From the human T2T-CHM13v2.0 reference genome, Homo sapiens: a stretch of DNA of 64,000 bases. Both the position numbers and the translations under genes were made by a program. The first letter of the stretch is position 1. Every line of letters starts with the position of its first letter. The DNA lies in NCBI RefSeq assembly GCF_009914755.1, contig NC_060937.1. One strand, given 5' to 3'. Below the pieces are notes generated by a model. The model was not told the DNA's origin. It was given only the letters and a program-made list of their open reading frames with translations, and searched no databases. Shown one piece after another: positions 1 through 13,764 of this stretch.

Positions 1-502
1 GGGACAAAACCAAAGGATATTCAGGAGTTTACTACTGGAGACTTTTTCACACATTAACACTGTCTGTGAGGAAGGCAATTACACCAGTTCAAGCAATCAC
101 CCTTGACTAAAAGGCTCCATTATACCATCTTTATTTATTCCAGATTGAATAAATTGAAATAAAATTTTGCTGAAAGAGACTAAGAAATTAAAATATTAGC
201 TCAGATGCTAAATTCAGCATCTCTGTTTAGTTAATGGAAGAAAAACATGATTAATTGGAGAGCTGGGGATTTTTTCGTCTGAACTGCAGTAAAGAATATA
301 GAAAAGAAGATACAGTTGAAGTCAAAACGTTGGGATTGGGTGAACAAAGGTTTTGGAATTATTGAATCCTACTATCCAATATGCTCTAATACATGCCGAA
401 TAATGGAAGAGCAATTGCAAACGACCAAAAGTTGAAGCTGGAAGATACACTGATTATATGGTTTAAGGCACTATGTTTATAATAAAATTATAGGTTAAAA
501 GA

Positions 503-975
503 TGTGAAAGTAAAATAAATTTTGGGGCCCCCAAATCACTAAGCTAAAGGGAAAAAGTCAAGCTGGGAAGTGTTTAGGGCCAACCTGCCTCCCATTCTAT
601 TAGACTTCAAGCCCTCTGCTCACTGAGATAAATGCATATCTGATTGACTCCTTTGGAGAGGCAAATCAGAAACTCAAAAGAATGCAACCATTTGTCTCTT
701 ACCTACCTGTGACCTGGAAGCCCCCTCCCTGCTTTGAGCTTCCCACCTTTGCTTTGAGTTGTCCCCTTTTTTCTGGATCGAACCAGTGTTCATCTTACCT
801 ATGTTGATTGATGTCTCATGTCTCCCTAAAACGTATACCACCAAATTGTGCTTTGACCACCTTGGGCACATATCGTCAGGACCTCCTGAGGCCGTTTCAT
901 GAGCACGCATCCTCAACTTGGCAAAATGAAATTTCTAAATTAACTGAGAACTGTCTCCAATTTTCAGAGTTCACA
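503..975 (+). mobile_element. Solo LTR, MER4A/MER4A1-like (ERV1)
   Basis: Starts TGTGAAAGTAAAATAAAT...CCCCAAATCACTAAGCTAAAGGG, matching the recalled MER4A 5' end, and ends TTCACA. 4-bp TSD AAGA at 499-502 and 976-979, typical of ERV1. Confidence 0.85.
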
Positions 976-2879
976 AAGATAGCAAAGTAAAATATAAGCA
1001 ACCCAGCTATAACTTGTGGTAGCATCACCTATGCCTGACTGCTTAATTTAAATAAATATGATGTGTGAGGAAGATTTAATATTATTATATTTGTGTGTTA
1101 AAACAAAGTTACAAATCCCTCACCCAGCTTTACTTTTCAGGCTACATTAAGAAAATGCTCATTTCTAACAGACATAAAGCATTATTAAATCTTGGGAGGA
1201 GAATAAGATGACTATTTGTATTTACTTTATGAAAGTGTCACTCTTTCCTAAATATCTTGTCTTTATTTTACTTTCACAGAGAATCTGAAAATTGAAATAA
1301 CAAAAAACTCATGGTAAAATACTTTACATACAAATTCAGATATATCTGTACAGTTCAAATATTAGCTGAAGAAAACTATTATTTAGCCTCACATTTAAAT
1401 ATTGTCCTTGTATGTTTTTAATAATTTGTTTTATTGACTATATTTAAGTAATATATTCAAGTGAGATCAAAGTGTATCACATTTCCCTAGTTCTGCATAG
1501 GCACTCTGAGAGAGATTTTGCTTCTATTTCATTTTAGAAAGATGTGGAGATAGGTAAATCATTTACCAGTTTTTGGAATTTTGATAATTTCTCTACAGTG
1601 AAGGAATTGTTTCTCCCAGTCTTTATTTTCCTTCTTCTTATATAGTCAAATCAAAGTTACTCTGAATTAACCTGTAGAATTTAACATATTTCAATGTGTA
1701 GAGCTCCACAAGACCACCTTTACTTTCCATGAATACAGATTGAGAGGTAAGTGCCTGAATCCAACACATTAGCAAAATGTAGGATTGGATAGATTAAATA
1801 AAGCATATGAGCCCCATGAGGCATGGTGATATTTTTACCATTTTTTAGCTTACTGTGTAACTAAATAACGTAAAATATTTTGATATCACTTCACTATTAA
1901 GTGTTCCAAGATAGCAAGCCACTTTAATAAGATTCATATGATACTATGATTATAAACATATGAGTTACTTTCATGTACATATTTCTGTATATAATTTTGT
2001 AAGAATATGAAGCAAAATCAAACATTTTTATTAAAGATAATACTTCAATATGATAGACATTGGGTTATCTTACAATGAATATCTACTAATAATATAAATT
2101 ATGTATAAAATACATATTTATGTATACATTGTATTATGTCCCAACACTACTATATTTGTAAGACTACTGAGTTTTTTACAAGCTCTTTTAAAATTAGTAA
2201 ATCAAATGTAAAGGTGATATGTATGTATGTATGTATCTAAGTATAATTTTGAGTGAACTATAAGTGAATCCAGAGTGAACTTAAAAGAAAATTTATTGTT
2301 TTGTTTAACAATAACAAAACGTTTAAAATATTTTACATATGCAAATATAGGTAAATGAAGTCAACATGTGAGGCCACAAATTGAATCATAACTTTCTAGA
2401 GAGGACAAAGATCTCATCTTCTTTGAATATTTTACATAGTACACAAGGAAATAATACATTATCTAACTCTTCTGTAAGTCTCAAAATAAAACCAAATGAC
2501 TATCACTAATTAAATGCTTTTTATTATTAATTATTCCAATAATGAGGCATAGTTAAATAAGTAATATGAAGTAACTATCCTTTGTATATCATAACACAGG
2601 AATAGGTGATAATATACAGAAAGTTAGAATTAATAATGAGATTAAGAAATTATGATTCTCCTTTTAATTCTCTACTTTGTAAAGTAATACCAAGAACATT
2701 TTTCCCTTACACAAAGATTCAGAAGATTTATGACTACTTTGCTATTTCTCACTAATCTTGGAACACAATGTGGTAGAAGATATTACCATTCATTTATGGA
2801 AATATCACCATCTCATTATATCTCGTGTGTGTGTTTGTTTGTTTTGGCTAAAAATGTATTGAAAGAGGATGTAACCTCT

Positions 2880-2998
2880 TGTAGTTTAGATAAAAGTTGT
2901 GAAGTATAAATATAATTAATGTCACTGAATTACACATTTAAAATATTTAAAATGGCCTACTTTGTGTTATATGTATTTCACCACAATAAAATAAAAAA
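2880..2998 (+). mobile_element. Old L1M 3'-end fragment
   Basis: AATGTCACTGAATTACACATTTAAAAT...GTTATATGTATTTCACCACAATAAAA resembles the terminal 3' UTR of L1MB/L1ME elements. Confidence 0.6.
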
Positions 2999-5159
2999 GG
3001 AATGTAAATTTCTATTTAGTGTCTGAAGTACATGTTTATTTCAGGGATGTACACAGTGAAGATAAGGGTTTGTAATTCCTTGCATTGATTTGAAAGTAAC
3101 TGAATATTATGTCTTAGAATGAATTTGTCATAATTTTAATAATTGTTTAAAACCTAAATATTTGGGTAGTGTGATATATTAGTATTAGGTGTTAGTACTA
3201 CATTTATATTTTATCCTATTATTATGCACCTTTCATGCTTTGTTCATCCAATAAGCCATATGTTAGTGTGTATTTCTGAATGGCTACACTAAAATTGGTG
3301 AAGGGTCAAACTTTTTTCTTTTTAATGTCAGAAGTAAGGCAGGTTTTGTAACACCTAATTGTGTAGCAAATAAGTTGATCACTAAATATTGTATCACAAA
3401 TTTTACCCTTCATAGGTTTATGAGCAAATACAATTCTTTAAGCATAACTGAAAAGTAATACACGAATGAAATTTTAGTTATAGTGATTATAGACTCTATA
3501 CAATCAATATCCAATCAATAACTTAATAAGGAATTAATTATTTTTAAAACAGTCTAACTTCAGAATTACTACTTTCAAACAAGAAGGTATTTTAAAAATA
3601 GTCTAAAGATTTTTAAGAAAAATATAGACATATAATACACACCCCAGTAGGGAATGATATAACCTGCTCATCATTCTACCCTCTCAGTATCACCACTAGC
3701 AAAAAAAAAAAAAAGAAAAAAAAAATGAGCATACCTCAGTAATGCTCATGAGATTAGTTATTTTTATATTGAAACGAGAAGAGCTATGAGAGTCCTATAA
3801 GAAAATGCAATGTTGTTGAGGGAGAAGGCTCTGAAAACCTGTAGTGGATAACAGAGAAGAATAACCTAGAATAACACAAGACCACCTAGAATGAGTCACA
3901 TATCTTTGAGAAAAAATGTGTGCCTCTATAATCTGCTAAACTTGGAGGATCAATGTAAATTTACCAAGATTTAAACATTTAGGAAAGTATCCAGCCAATA
4001 ACAGTATATGCCATATATTTTCTTTCCTGAATAAATTCTGACATAATGAAAAATTACATAAATTCGGAAGGAAAATAAAATCAAGCCAAGGTTGTAAACT
4101 CTATACCCACCACCTCTCCCCCAACACACACACACACATAGAGAAGCTCTAAACATAGTTACTATTGTTTTGAATTCGTATTTCTCTTCAAAATGGCAAC
4201 TGATTCAAAGAATAGGTCAAAGGCCAGGTTGATAAATTTGCTACTAGAGCAGTGATTAAAATATTTCTAAAAAAGGTTTTCTTTGTTAAAGAAAGAAGGA
4301 TATAAAAAGCTAACTGAGGGAGTTAAAGAATAGAAATAAGCTCATCCAGTGGAAAGGACATCAAAATTGTCCTAGCATTTCTTTATTACAGGTAGGTGCT
4401 CATCAGTACTCAAAATCTGCTGTACTGAGTAAACAAAGCCAAACATGAAGGCAAACCACACAGGATTCCAGCAGGTTGCTGGGCTTCTTCCTGTTAACTG
4501 TACACTGTCACATTAACAAAGTGAACAATTAGAAAGGCAATAAAATCTCAGACAGAGGGAATATCATGATCATAAAAATAAAATACCTAGTACAGTGCTG
4601 TATATCATTATTATGTGAGTGTGACACTGCGGTTTTCCCCAGCATATTAATTATCAAAATTTAATTATAAAGTAAGGAAAATTTAAACAGACTTAATAAT
4701 GGATGAAGAGATAGGAAAAGCTTTCAAAGAATTATATCCAAGGTAGGCAACCTGCCAACATGGTACTAGAACAATTTTTTTTTTATCATTTTCATGGCAT
4801 AGAAACCATTTTCATGTTGCAGAGAAGAAATTTAGATGAAAACATTCCCATTTAATGTATTGATATTACTGAAGTTTAATATCAAATGCTGACAAAAAAA
4901 GAGATTGAAAAATTAAAATACAGATTTTTTATAAGAAAAAATGGTGGTGACTTTAAACATAACAATAATAATTTAGTCTTTCAACCCATTGTGAATTACT
5001 TTCTAAATAAGTGTAGTAATATAATTTATCTTATTAGAAAAAAAGGCAAAATGTAAAATGTCTTTAATGGCTATGAGATACTTAAAAGCAATTTTTTTTT
5101 GTTTTTTGTAACATGACACCTAAAATCCTCAAAGTAAATTAAGAACATTGGAATAATTC

Positions 5160-5262
5160 CGTTTTTAATTTTTTTTTTTTAAATGTTGCCCAGGTTGGCC
5201 TTGAACGCATAGCCTCGCCTCCTTGTGCGCCAGGACAACTGGCCTGAGCACCTCAGCTCCCT
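5160..5262 (-). mobile_element. Short Alu-monomer-derived retrocopy, ASR/CAS (snaR-ancestor)-like
   Basis: Minus strand reads GGGAGCTGAGGTGCTCAGGCCAGTTGTCCTGGCGCACAAGGAGGCGAGGCTATGCGTTCAAGGCCAACCTGGGCAACA followed by an A-rich tail. B-box-like GTTCAAGGC. TSD GAATAATTC at 5151-5159 and 5263-5271. Confidence 0.7.
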
Positions 5263-7536
5263 GAATAATTCTTTAACATACCATTCATGCATTTGAAGCC
5301 AAAACACAATTACTTATTTTAAAGACAATTATCCAAATAATTGTGTAACTCATATACAAAATGAAGCAAAAGTTATAATGAAAACATGTTGCGCGCCCTT
5401 GGATATTATCATATAACTTGTTTTTTAACATAATCACCCCCAAATAAAATATTTTTAATTTTTCACAATTATTCTAATTATGAAAATAATAAGAAAATTT
5501 AAAAATCTTTTTTGAAAACTTGGAATTTAGCACTTGTCTGCCATATATTATTGTCACAGAATTGCTCAATTTGTCTTAAGAGTAATTTGTGTAGAACTCA
5601 AAATTTTGTGCTCAGAACACTACGACTATAAAAAAAGTCAATGGTGCGAAATAGGAACAATGGTAGTTGATTGTGGGCAGATGCAATAAATTGTCATCTG
5701 TGCCCTCTCCTCCCCACCACCCCAGTTGCTATGTCTATATGGCTAGCAATACTTGCACAGACAATTCACTGGAGTTAACAAATGGTCAATGAAAAGTACC
5801 AGGTCCAAATTCAAAGTCAAGGGCTATCTGGTATCTTTATACCAGGCACCTTTATATTAGAGGGCAAAAAGTGACAGTATACCTCTCCAACTGAGTTATA
5901 TTAGTCAGATCAAAAAGAGCAAACATAGTTTTATCAATGAATATATTCCTTCTGAGGCTAGAAACATGTTTGTTTGTTCCTTCACAAAATATGTATTTTA
6001 TGATGTAATACGGACATGGCCCTTAATAGCAGAATCGGAAATTGAGTTATGTACTCTACTACTACTCCCGAGGTAATATGTTGAGTATATCAAATTTAAC
6101 ATTACCAAAAACAAAAGTTTAAATGTACTGTGACTATTCTATTGTTTAAGCTCCCTTTTTCTCAGATCTATATTCAGGTAACTTTTTTATTATTTGTGTC
6201 TACATGTTTCTGCTAAATTTAGTAAAAGTTTACAACTGAACACAGCACATAGTGCATGTTAATCTTTCATTCAGCATTTGATAAAGTTAATAAAATAAAC
6301 AGTTGCCATTACACTGCAAAGTTGATTACTAGGGAGTAATTAATTAACTACTAACACTCTACAAAAGCCCTCAGGAGAGTTGGCAAATTTGCAGATTTCT
6401 GAGTGCTTCAGCAATGCTTAACTTCAAAGAGATATTAAAATGCTGCAACCCCTGATTTCATTGACTGTCCTTGGAAAGACTCCAAGGACAAATTGAACAA
6501 ATTGGCTAAAAATCCTACCACAGGAAGCCAAACATATTCTATAGTCTGAAGAACAGAGTAACATTTTTGCTGAATAGAGCACTTACGGCTTTTCACAAAA
6601 ACATGATTCTTTAATACACATCTAATAATGCACAATCTATCAATATACACATAAGAAAGCTTTTCAAATTTTAGCATCCCACATGGTCTCTGCTGTGAGA
6701 GACAATAACGCACTTGTAAAATGGATGACATAAAGCCCTATGCATATTTCAAATGAGACAAGAAGATATTTATATAGTTGATGATGTTTGCTATTGTAAT
6801 AATGGCATTATTTTTTCAATACACCACTCGAGTGCTATTGAGTATACAATTCCCTCGAAGCCTTTTCTTGTGTTATAGAGACTATTGCAGGACCTACTTT
6901 AACACTTACAATAATTTGAAATTATAAAAGAAACACATTCTGAAAGCTTTATTAAATACACAGTACAAGCCACTCTATGTTGAAACCTATTTTTCCACAA
7001 CTGGCACTGGAAGAGTGATATCATTGATACATAATATGCAAAGGATGAATTTCATCTTGAGAATGAGTTGGTTTTCCTTTGATAGAATCCATTTTGAATG
7101 TGATGCCGTGAAATGAGTCATTCAGTGGGACCCAGACAAGTGCCCGTTCTAAAACAATTATGTTTTAGGATCGTTTAAAATGTTGACCTTCACAGCACAT
7201 ACACCCTTTTGCTCAAAAGCTTCTATATTAGTGTATAATTTAGGTAATTGTAACATTCCATGAAAGATAAGAGAATAAAATGAAACTGAAATTCAATACA
7301 ACAAAAATGTATAGGGAGAGAATCTGCAAATCAGCTCCTTTCATCTTTCATCTTCAGGTAGTGCTCTTGATCTCAGCCAAAGGCCAAAAAGTGATCTGTA
7401 GGGAGTGTAGAGATATGAAGCGGAGTGAATACTGTCCATTCAAACCTGCTTTATTACTTGACTAAGGTTGTGAATTTCAAATAACAAAGTACAAATTTTA
7501 AATGTTGCTATTTAATAAATTGTGTTTAAATGTCTA

Positions 7537-7864
<328 letters not shown>

Positions 7865-7883
7865 GAGTATATGTGAAATTGTT

Positions 7884-8232
7884 GGCCAGGTGAGGTGGCT
7901 CACGCCTGTAATCCCAGCACTTTGGGAGGCCAAGGCGGGCAAATTGCCTAAGGTCAGGAGTTTGAGACCAGCCTGGCCAATATGGCGAAACCCCGTCTCT
8001 ACTAAAAATACAAAAATTAGCTGGGCGTGATGGCGGGTACCTGTAATCCCAGCTGTCCAGGAGGCTGAGGTTTGGTGGCGGGTACCTTTAATCCCAGCTG
8101 TCCAGGAGGCTGAGGCAGAAGAACCACTGGAACCCGGGAGGCAGAGGCTGGCAGTGAGCAGAGATTGTGCCACTGCACTCCAGCCTGAGTGACAGGGCAA
8201 GACTCCGTCTCAAAAAAAAGAAACAAAAGAAA
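7884..8232 (+). mobile_element. AluS with a 45-bp-period internal duplication in the right arm
   Basis: Alu dimer; 8031-8070 is repeated at 8076-8115 with one mismatch. Confidence 0.93.
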
Positions 8233-8239
8233 GTGTGTG

Positions 8240-8242
<3 letters not shown>

Positions 8243-8270
<28 letters not shown>
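8243..8270. repeat. (GT)14 microsatellite
   Basis: Perfect dinucleotide run just after the Alu tail. Confidence 0.95.
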
Positions 8271-8273
<3 letters not shown>

Positions 8274-10041
8274 AGTGGAGGTTTCTATTCATTGGTACAT
8301 CATACACAAACGTAACGTTTTAGAACAATAATTATCTATACATTCGAAGTGAATTTGATAAGCATTTGTTACTGAAATGACTACTAAATATAATAGATGG
8401 TGTGATTGAGTTATATCCACAAACACATTCTCATTAGGGATTCATCAATTCATAATAGATGAAAGATATGTTGTGGAGTCAGTATTTGGTTCCACTTCCT
8501 GCCATCTTATTTCTTGATTGTCCTGTTACCACACAATGCCTTTCAAAGAACTGTAGTGTTCTTTTAATATAGTTCCCTTTAGTTTTCCTAGTTAAGTTTC
8601 TGTTGTCATGTCTTTAATTTCATAAAAGTAAACGAAAATTTCTGCTCTCTTCTTTTAATATATTAACTATTTTTATGCATAGTCAACTTCTGTAGTTTTT
8701 GTACTATTATTATCTAATAGGATCTACATCTTATGTAATTACTTTGTCTTTACCAACTCCATTTTGAGGGAATATATTTCATTAGATTTTAGTAAAGCCA
8801 TTTTTTAATATGATTTTTTTCTTCTCATTATCTGTCAATCAACCCTATTTTATAACAACTTTTTAGCTCTGCATCAAATTGCCTACTGGCTACCAGGAAA
8901 ATAATAAGCCTTACCAGACGGTTCAAAACTGGCTAAGTTTAAGGTGAAAAAATGCACTGTATCCTCAGATTCTGTGTTTAGCTCTATAACTATCTTTTTC
9001 CGTCTTGCTCAGTTACTACTTTTCCTTCTGTTGTTCCTAGCTATAAAATTTCCCCAAAGATTTGTGTCCAACCCTCTATCCCTTTCTCTTTTCTCCCTAA
9101 TGTCAAGAGATCCAATATTTTCTAATTGTAGACATGCTAATTGGTAAAAATAATTCTCTGTGTTTTTCATGTTCCCTGGGAGCATTCTACATCACCCTGG
9201 GAGTGATATTATATTTGGGCATATAGAGTATTGATTTTTATAATTGCATACAATCTACATTTAATATCTTCTATATCAAAGTATATGCATAGATTAAATG
9301 AAATTAAATGAAATAATCCTCATTTGCACAATTTAGTTTTCAGATAAGTGAAATTAAACATCAAAGTCATAGATTCTTTCAAGAGTTAAGTTACTTATTT
9401 GCGTTACAGATATTTAATTACTGTTAAGCTTATATAAAATTTAAGAAATAAAAATGACTTCAACAAAAAAAGTTTAAAAATTAGTAAAACATTTCATGTT
9501 ATAGAATTTCCTCATATATTTGAAGCAAAAAGTAGCATAAACATATTATGAAAGCATTACAGTTTTAGTGGTAATTTATAAACTTACAATTTTGCATACT
9601 GTCAAATTATAAAATTTCTCCCTTAAGGCTTTGCTTAATGGTAAGTGAAAGAGAGAAACAGTTAAGCCAGGTATTATAAAAATAATTTGAGACCTTTAAT
9701 TCATTCAAGGGTAGTGACTTTATTATTTTTAGAAAAATTTAACTTTAGTCTCTCGAAAAATAACTATCATCAACTGTGTGTCATCATGGCACATTATTAA
9801 ATAAAGTAGAAATGGCCTTTCATTTTCTTGGGGCCAACTCCCAGACTTAAATGCTTCAGAAATTAGGATAAATGATCATTTTGAAGGGAGAAATTTTCCC
9901 ATTGCAAAAGATGTATTCAAAGCTTTCTTATAGATTTTACTTGCTTTGAAAATGAAGTGTCTGATGAGGCTTGTCTGTAATTAGAAAACATTAGATAAAC
10001 TCTTCCCATTGTAGAAACATATTGGAACAACTATTTCACAG

Positions 10042-10238
10042 TAAATCAGAATTTCACTATCAAGTTATGTGATAAGCTCTTCTGTATTACTCAGTAAATC
10101 ATGAAGTGTGACAATAAGGACACTCAATAAGCTCTAAGAACTGCATAATAAATCAGGAAATTTCACAGTAAGTTGCACAATAAGCTCCACTGTATTATTA
10201 GTCTCTAAATCATGGGCTTTCACAAAAAGTTATATAAG
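10042..10238. repeat. Degenerate tandem repeat, ~54-bp unit, ~3.6 copies
   Basis: TAAATCA at 10042, 10095, 10149 and 10206; ATAAGCTC at 10072, 10127 and 10180. Confidence 0.7.
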
Positions 10239-10740
10239 AATTTCTTTCTTCTTTACCATGTCTACTATTATTATGGGGCATCCATCAGTTAAGGATAAAA
10301 CTTACCAATAAATGGAAGTCTTTCACTGTAGCCATGTGTTATTGAGAAAAATAGGTATAATTTGTCTGAAATAGAAAGAAAAGCTATTGTTTTGTAAATA
10401 TGAATAAATAATAAAATTAATTCCAGCAACAATGTTAGCTTATGACTGTGATATAGAATTCATTAATTTATAGTAGATACTATATTTTAAAACTATTTAA
10501 AATTAGTTAATATTTACTTTTTATAACGAATAACATATATAAATACATAAACATAATTATTGACAAGGGAAAGATTAAGTATCTAAAATAGAGTAAGTAA
10601 CCACAACTGTAGTTCATTTTTACTATGTGTACATGTGAAGAGAAAGAGAGATGCTTATCTGCAATAATCTAAAATGTATGTTTATTCTCTAATCTTGATG
10701 GTAATAAAATGTAATTAAGCTTTTGATAAATTGAAAATTT

Positions 10741-10863
10741 GCTGTATACAGTGGTATGTGCCTGAAGTCCCAGCTAATCAGGGGACTCAGGTGGGAGGAC
10801 AGCTTGAGCCCAGGAGTTCAAGTCCAACCAGCGAAACACAGTAAGACTTCATTTCTAACAAAA
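10741..10863 (+). mobile_element. FLAM-type free Alu monomer
   Basis: Monomer-length Alu-like sequence (CCCAGCTA...GGTGGGAGGACAGCTTGAGCCCAGGAGTTCAAG), short A tail, TTGAAAAT on both flanks as a likely TSD. Confidence 0.8.
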
Positions 10864-11400
10864 GTTGAAAATAATTTGAAACTTTATTTGAGAGATACAA
10901 TATGTCTTTATGTGAAATAGAAGTTAAATAACTACTGAATTAAGATCCTAATTCCATTGCTTAAATCATAAGTAACTAAATGTAATTAACTACATTATTT
11001 AAATGTCAATTTATTTTTCAAATTACCTTTAGAAAAATATATTAATTATTTTTTCAAGAAAATATTTTGAGAAAATAACAAAAGTAAGTAGATTTAGCAT
11101 AAACATGGGACTTCCCAACTAAATACTACTTAAGACTATTTTATCTTTGTAAGGCAAAAAAAGCCAAAATGTATTTTTAAAATTTTAAATGCAGGTAATT
11201 TAAGAAAGTAAGATTTATGCAAAAAACAAGATTTGTTCATAATTCGATACCTAGAATTAGAAAATCCTGTTACCCCAAATACGATAAGGCAGATGTTCCT
11301 ATAATAATGACAACTAGGATTCTATGTGAAGAATAGGAGGACAGGGAAGTTCTTACTGCAAATGTCAACATCACTGGGGAGAGAGTTCTGTGGAATTTAG

Positions 11401-11740
<340 letters not shown>

Positions 11741-13764
11741 AGGGAGTATTATTTTTAAAGTAGTATTGAACTGCTGCCCCCTTAAACAGAAACACATACA
11801 TAAACACAGATATATTGTTATCTATTGATACTCTACACAAATTCTTCTCCATGTTGATAAGCCACTGAAAATAGGAATCCTGAAGAAATTCAGATATCAT
11901 CCAAGAAGAATCACCCCTACTACATCCATTGCAAGCTAAATTCTTTGATAAGAAGAAGTCCCAGATCTTACAACATTTTACCCTGGGCCCAGTTATTGTT
12001 GAATAAAGTAAATTAACAGTAGTTACTTTTTTAATTTCTTCCCTACATCAAATATTTAAGGTTTTTCATCTCTTTATTTTCCCTCTTTTGATTTCCTTTA
12101 AATTGCTTGAGTTAAAAGAGCTCAATTTAGTGGGATCATGTAAGCCCCATAGAAGATTGAAATCGACTATGATTATCCTAAAAATCTCAATTTAAAAGCT
12201 TCTTTCAATAATTCTTAAATATTGTCAATTGACCCTGAGTTTGAGATAACTGTCTTTATGCAGATAAACAGCATAAATGGATTAATATCTCATCTCCAAT
12301 TCTGCTTATTGCATTAAAAGAAAGACCAGTAACTACTTCTGACACCTATAATCTTTACATCTTTTGTTTTTGTAATTCAAAAAATAATCTGATTGTATCA
12401 TAAAGATAAATAAATGTATAGTAGAGTTACATGGAATGATAACATCTTGTTTTCATTTATTGATATTGGATGAGTTTTTAAAACAGAAATTTTAGGAATT
12501 CCCCTCTCAGAAATAAAGCAACACATTCTAAATTACAAATGAAAACATTGGTTGAATTTGTATGTAAAACTGTACATATGTAAGTTGAAAGAAAATTCAC
12601 TTACCTTTAAAATTATATTTTCTAAAATCCCTAAGGAATAGAGGAAAAGCTAATATGAGCAGAATATAAACTTGTTACTAATCATTATTACAATGTTTGA
12701 AAAGCTTTGAAACATTTAAATAAAGCCCACTACATATTCATCTAGTATTAATATACATAAACCATAAAATATCTAAATATTTAAGTCAACACAAGAACTC
12801 TAAAGTTGATGCCTTATTAGTTCACATAGGAGATATTAAAATCTAGAAAGTAATCATTAAACTCTGCATGAGTTGATGTCAAGAATATTAATGAAGAAAA
12901 TGGCATAATTATTATTCTCAAAGTCCCACATGTAATATTTCTATTTCAGCAAAACTAGAAAAGATGTCAAAACTACAAGCTCAGAATTTTGAAAGATTTT
13001 TTTTTTCAAAATGTGTGGAACATTGCAGCATTTAAAAAAAGTAAAACAAAGCCCCTCATTCAAAATAAATATTTGGTCATTTGCATTTAGTTTCAATATT
13101 TCATTCAGCGTAATTAATCATTAAAATTCAATCCATACACATCTGCTTCCAGCCAAGATAGATTAGCTCCATTTTCCTAGGTTGTTTCTCTTACAAGTAG
13201 AAGACCCAGGATATAGCATAATAATATAATCAAGAAGACTGAAAGTTTCAAACAAGTAGGTAAACTTCATAAGGACATAGGAGCTTGAGGAATCACACAG
13301 TGTTGTATTCCCTAGGTTTTCTCTTTCCCTTCTATTTTTCCTATACAGAACATCATAAAGTTCTCTGTCCTAGAACCAATAGGCATAAAACAAACAAACA
13401 AACAAAAAAGCTCAAAAAAATAGTATGAGAAAAAAAAAAGCTCCATATTCCTGTGCTTTACACTGCTTTTTAGCCGAGATGTGGGAAAATGGTGGCATCA
13501 CCACAGACCTCTTTTGGCAACACTGATCCAACTGTAGCCAAGCACCAGCATAACAATCATACCCTATTTATGGTTTTCATGCCAAGAGTAAAGTAGATCT
13601 TCAAACTCATCCACTTGCTTGGTAGAAGGAGACAAGATGGCTTCTCCCACTATGTGGTGCTAGCAAACTGAATGGGGGCTGATCTTCTCGAGGAAGAAAA
13701 ATGGTGCTCCAACTAAATGCTTAAGTAGTGTCACTGGAATACAGTTAGTGATGTGAAGAACCTC

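Noticed and set aside
3701-3725. Isolated poly(A) tract as a retrocopy tail
   Set aside because: No recognisable upstream body or convincing TSD.
10042-10238. CRISPR-like reading of the spaced motifs
   Set aside because: The constant parts are only 7-8 bp, the spacers resemble each other, there are no cas genes and the context is eukaryotic.
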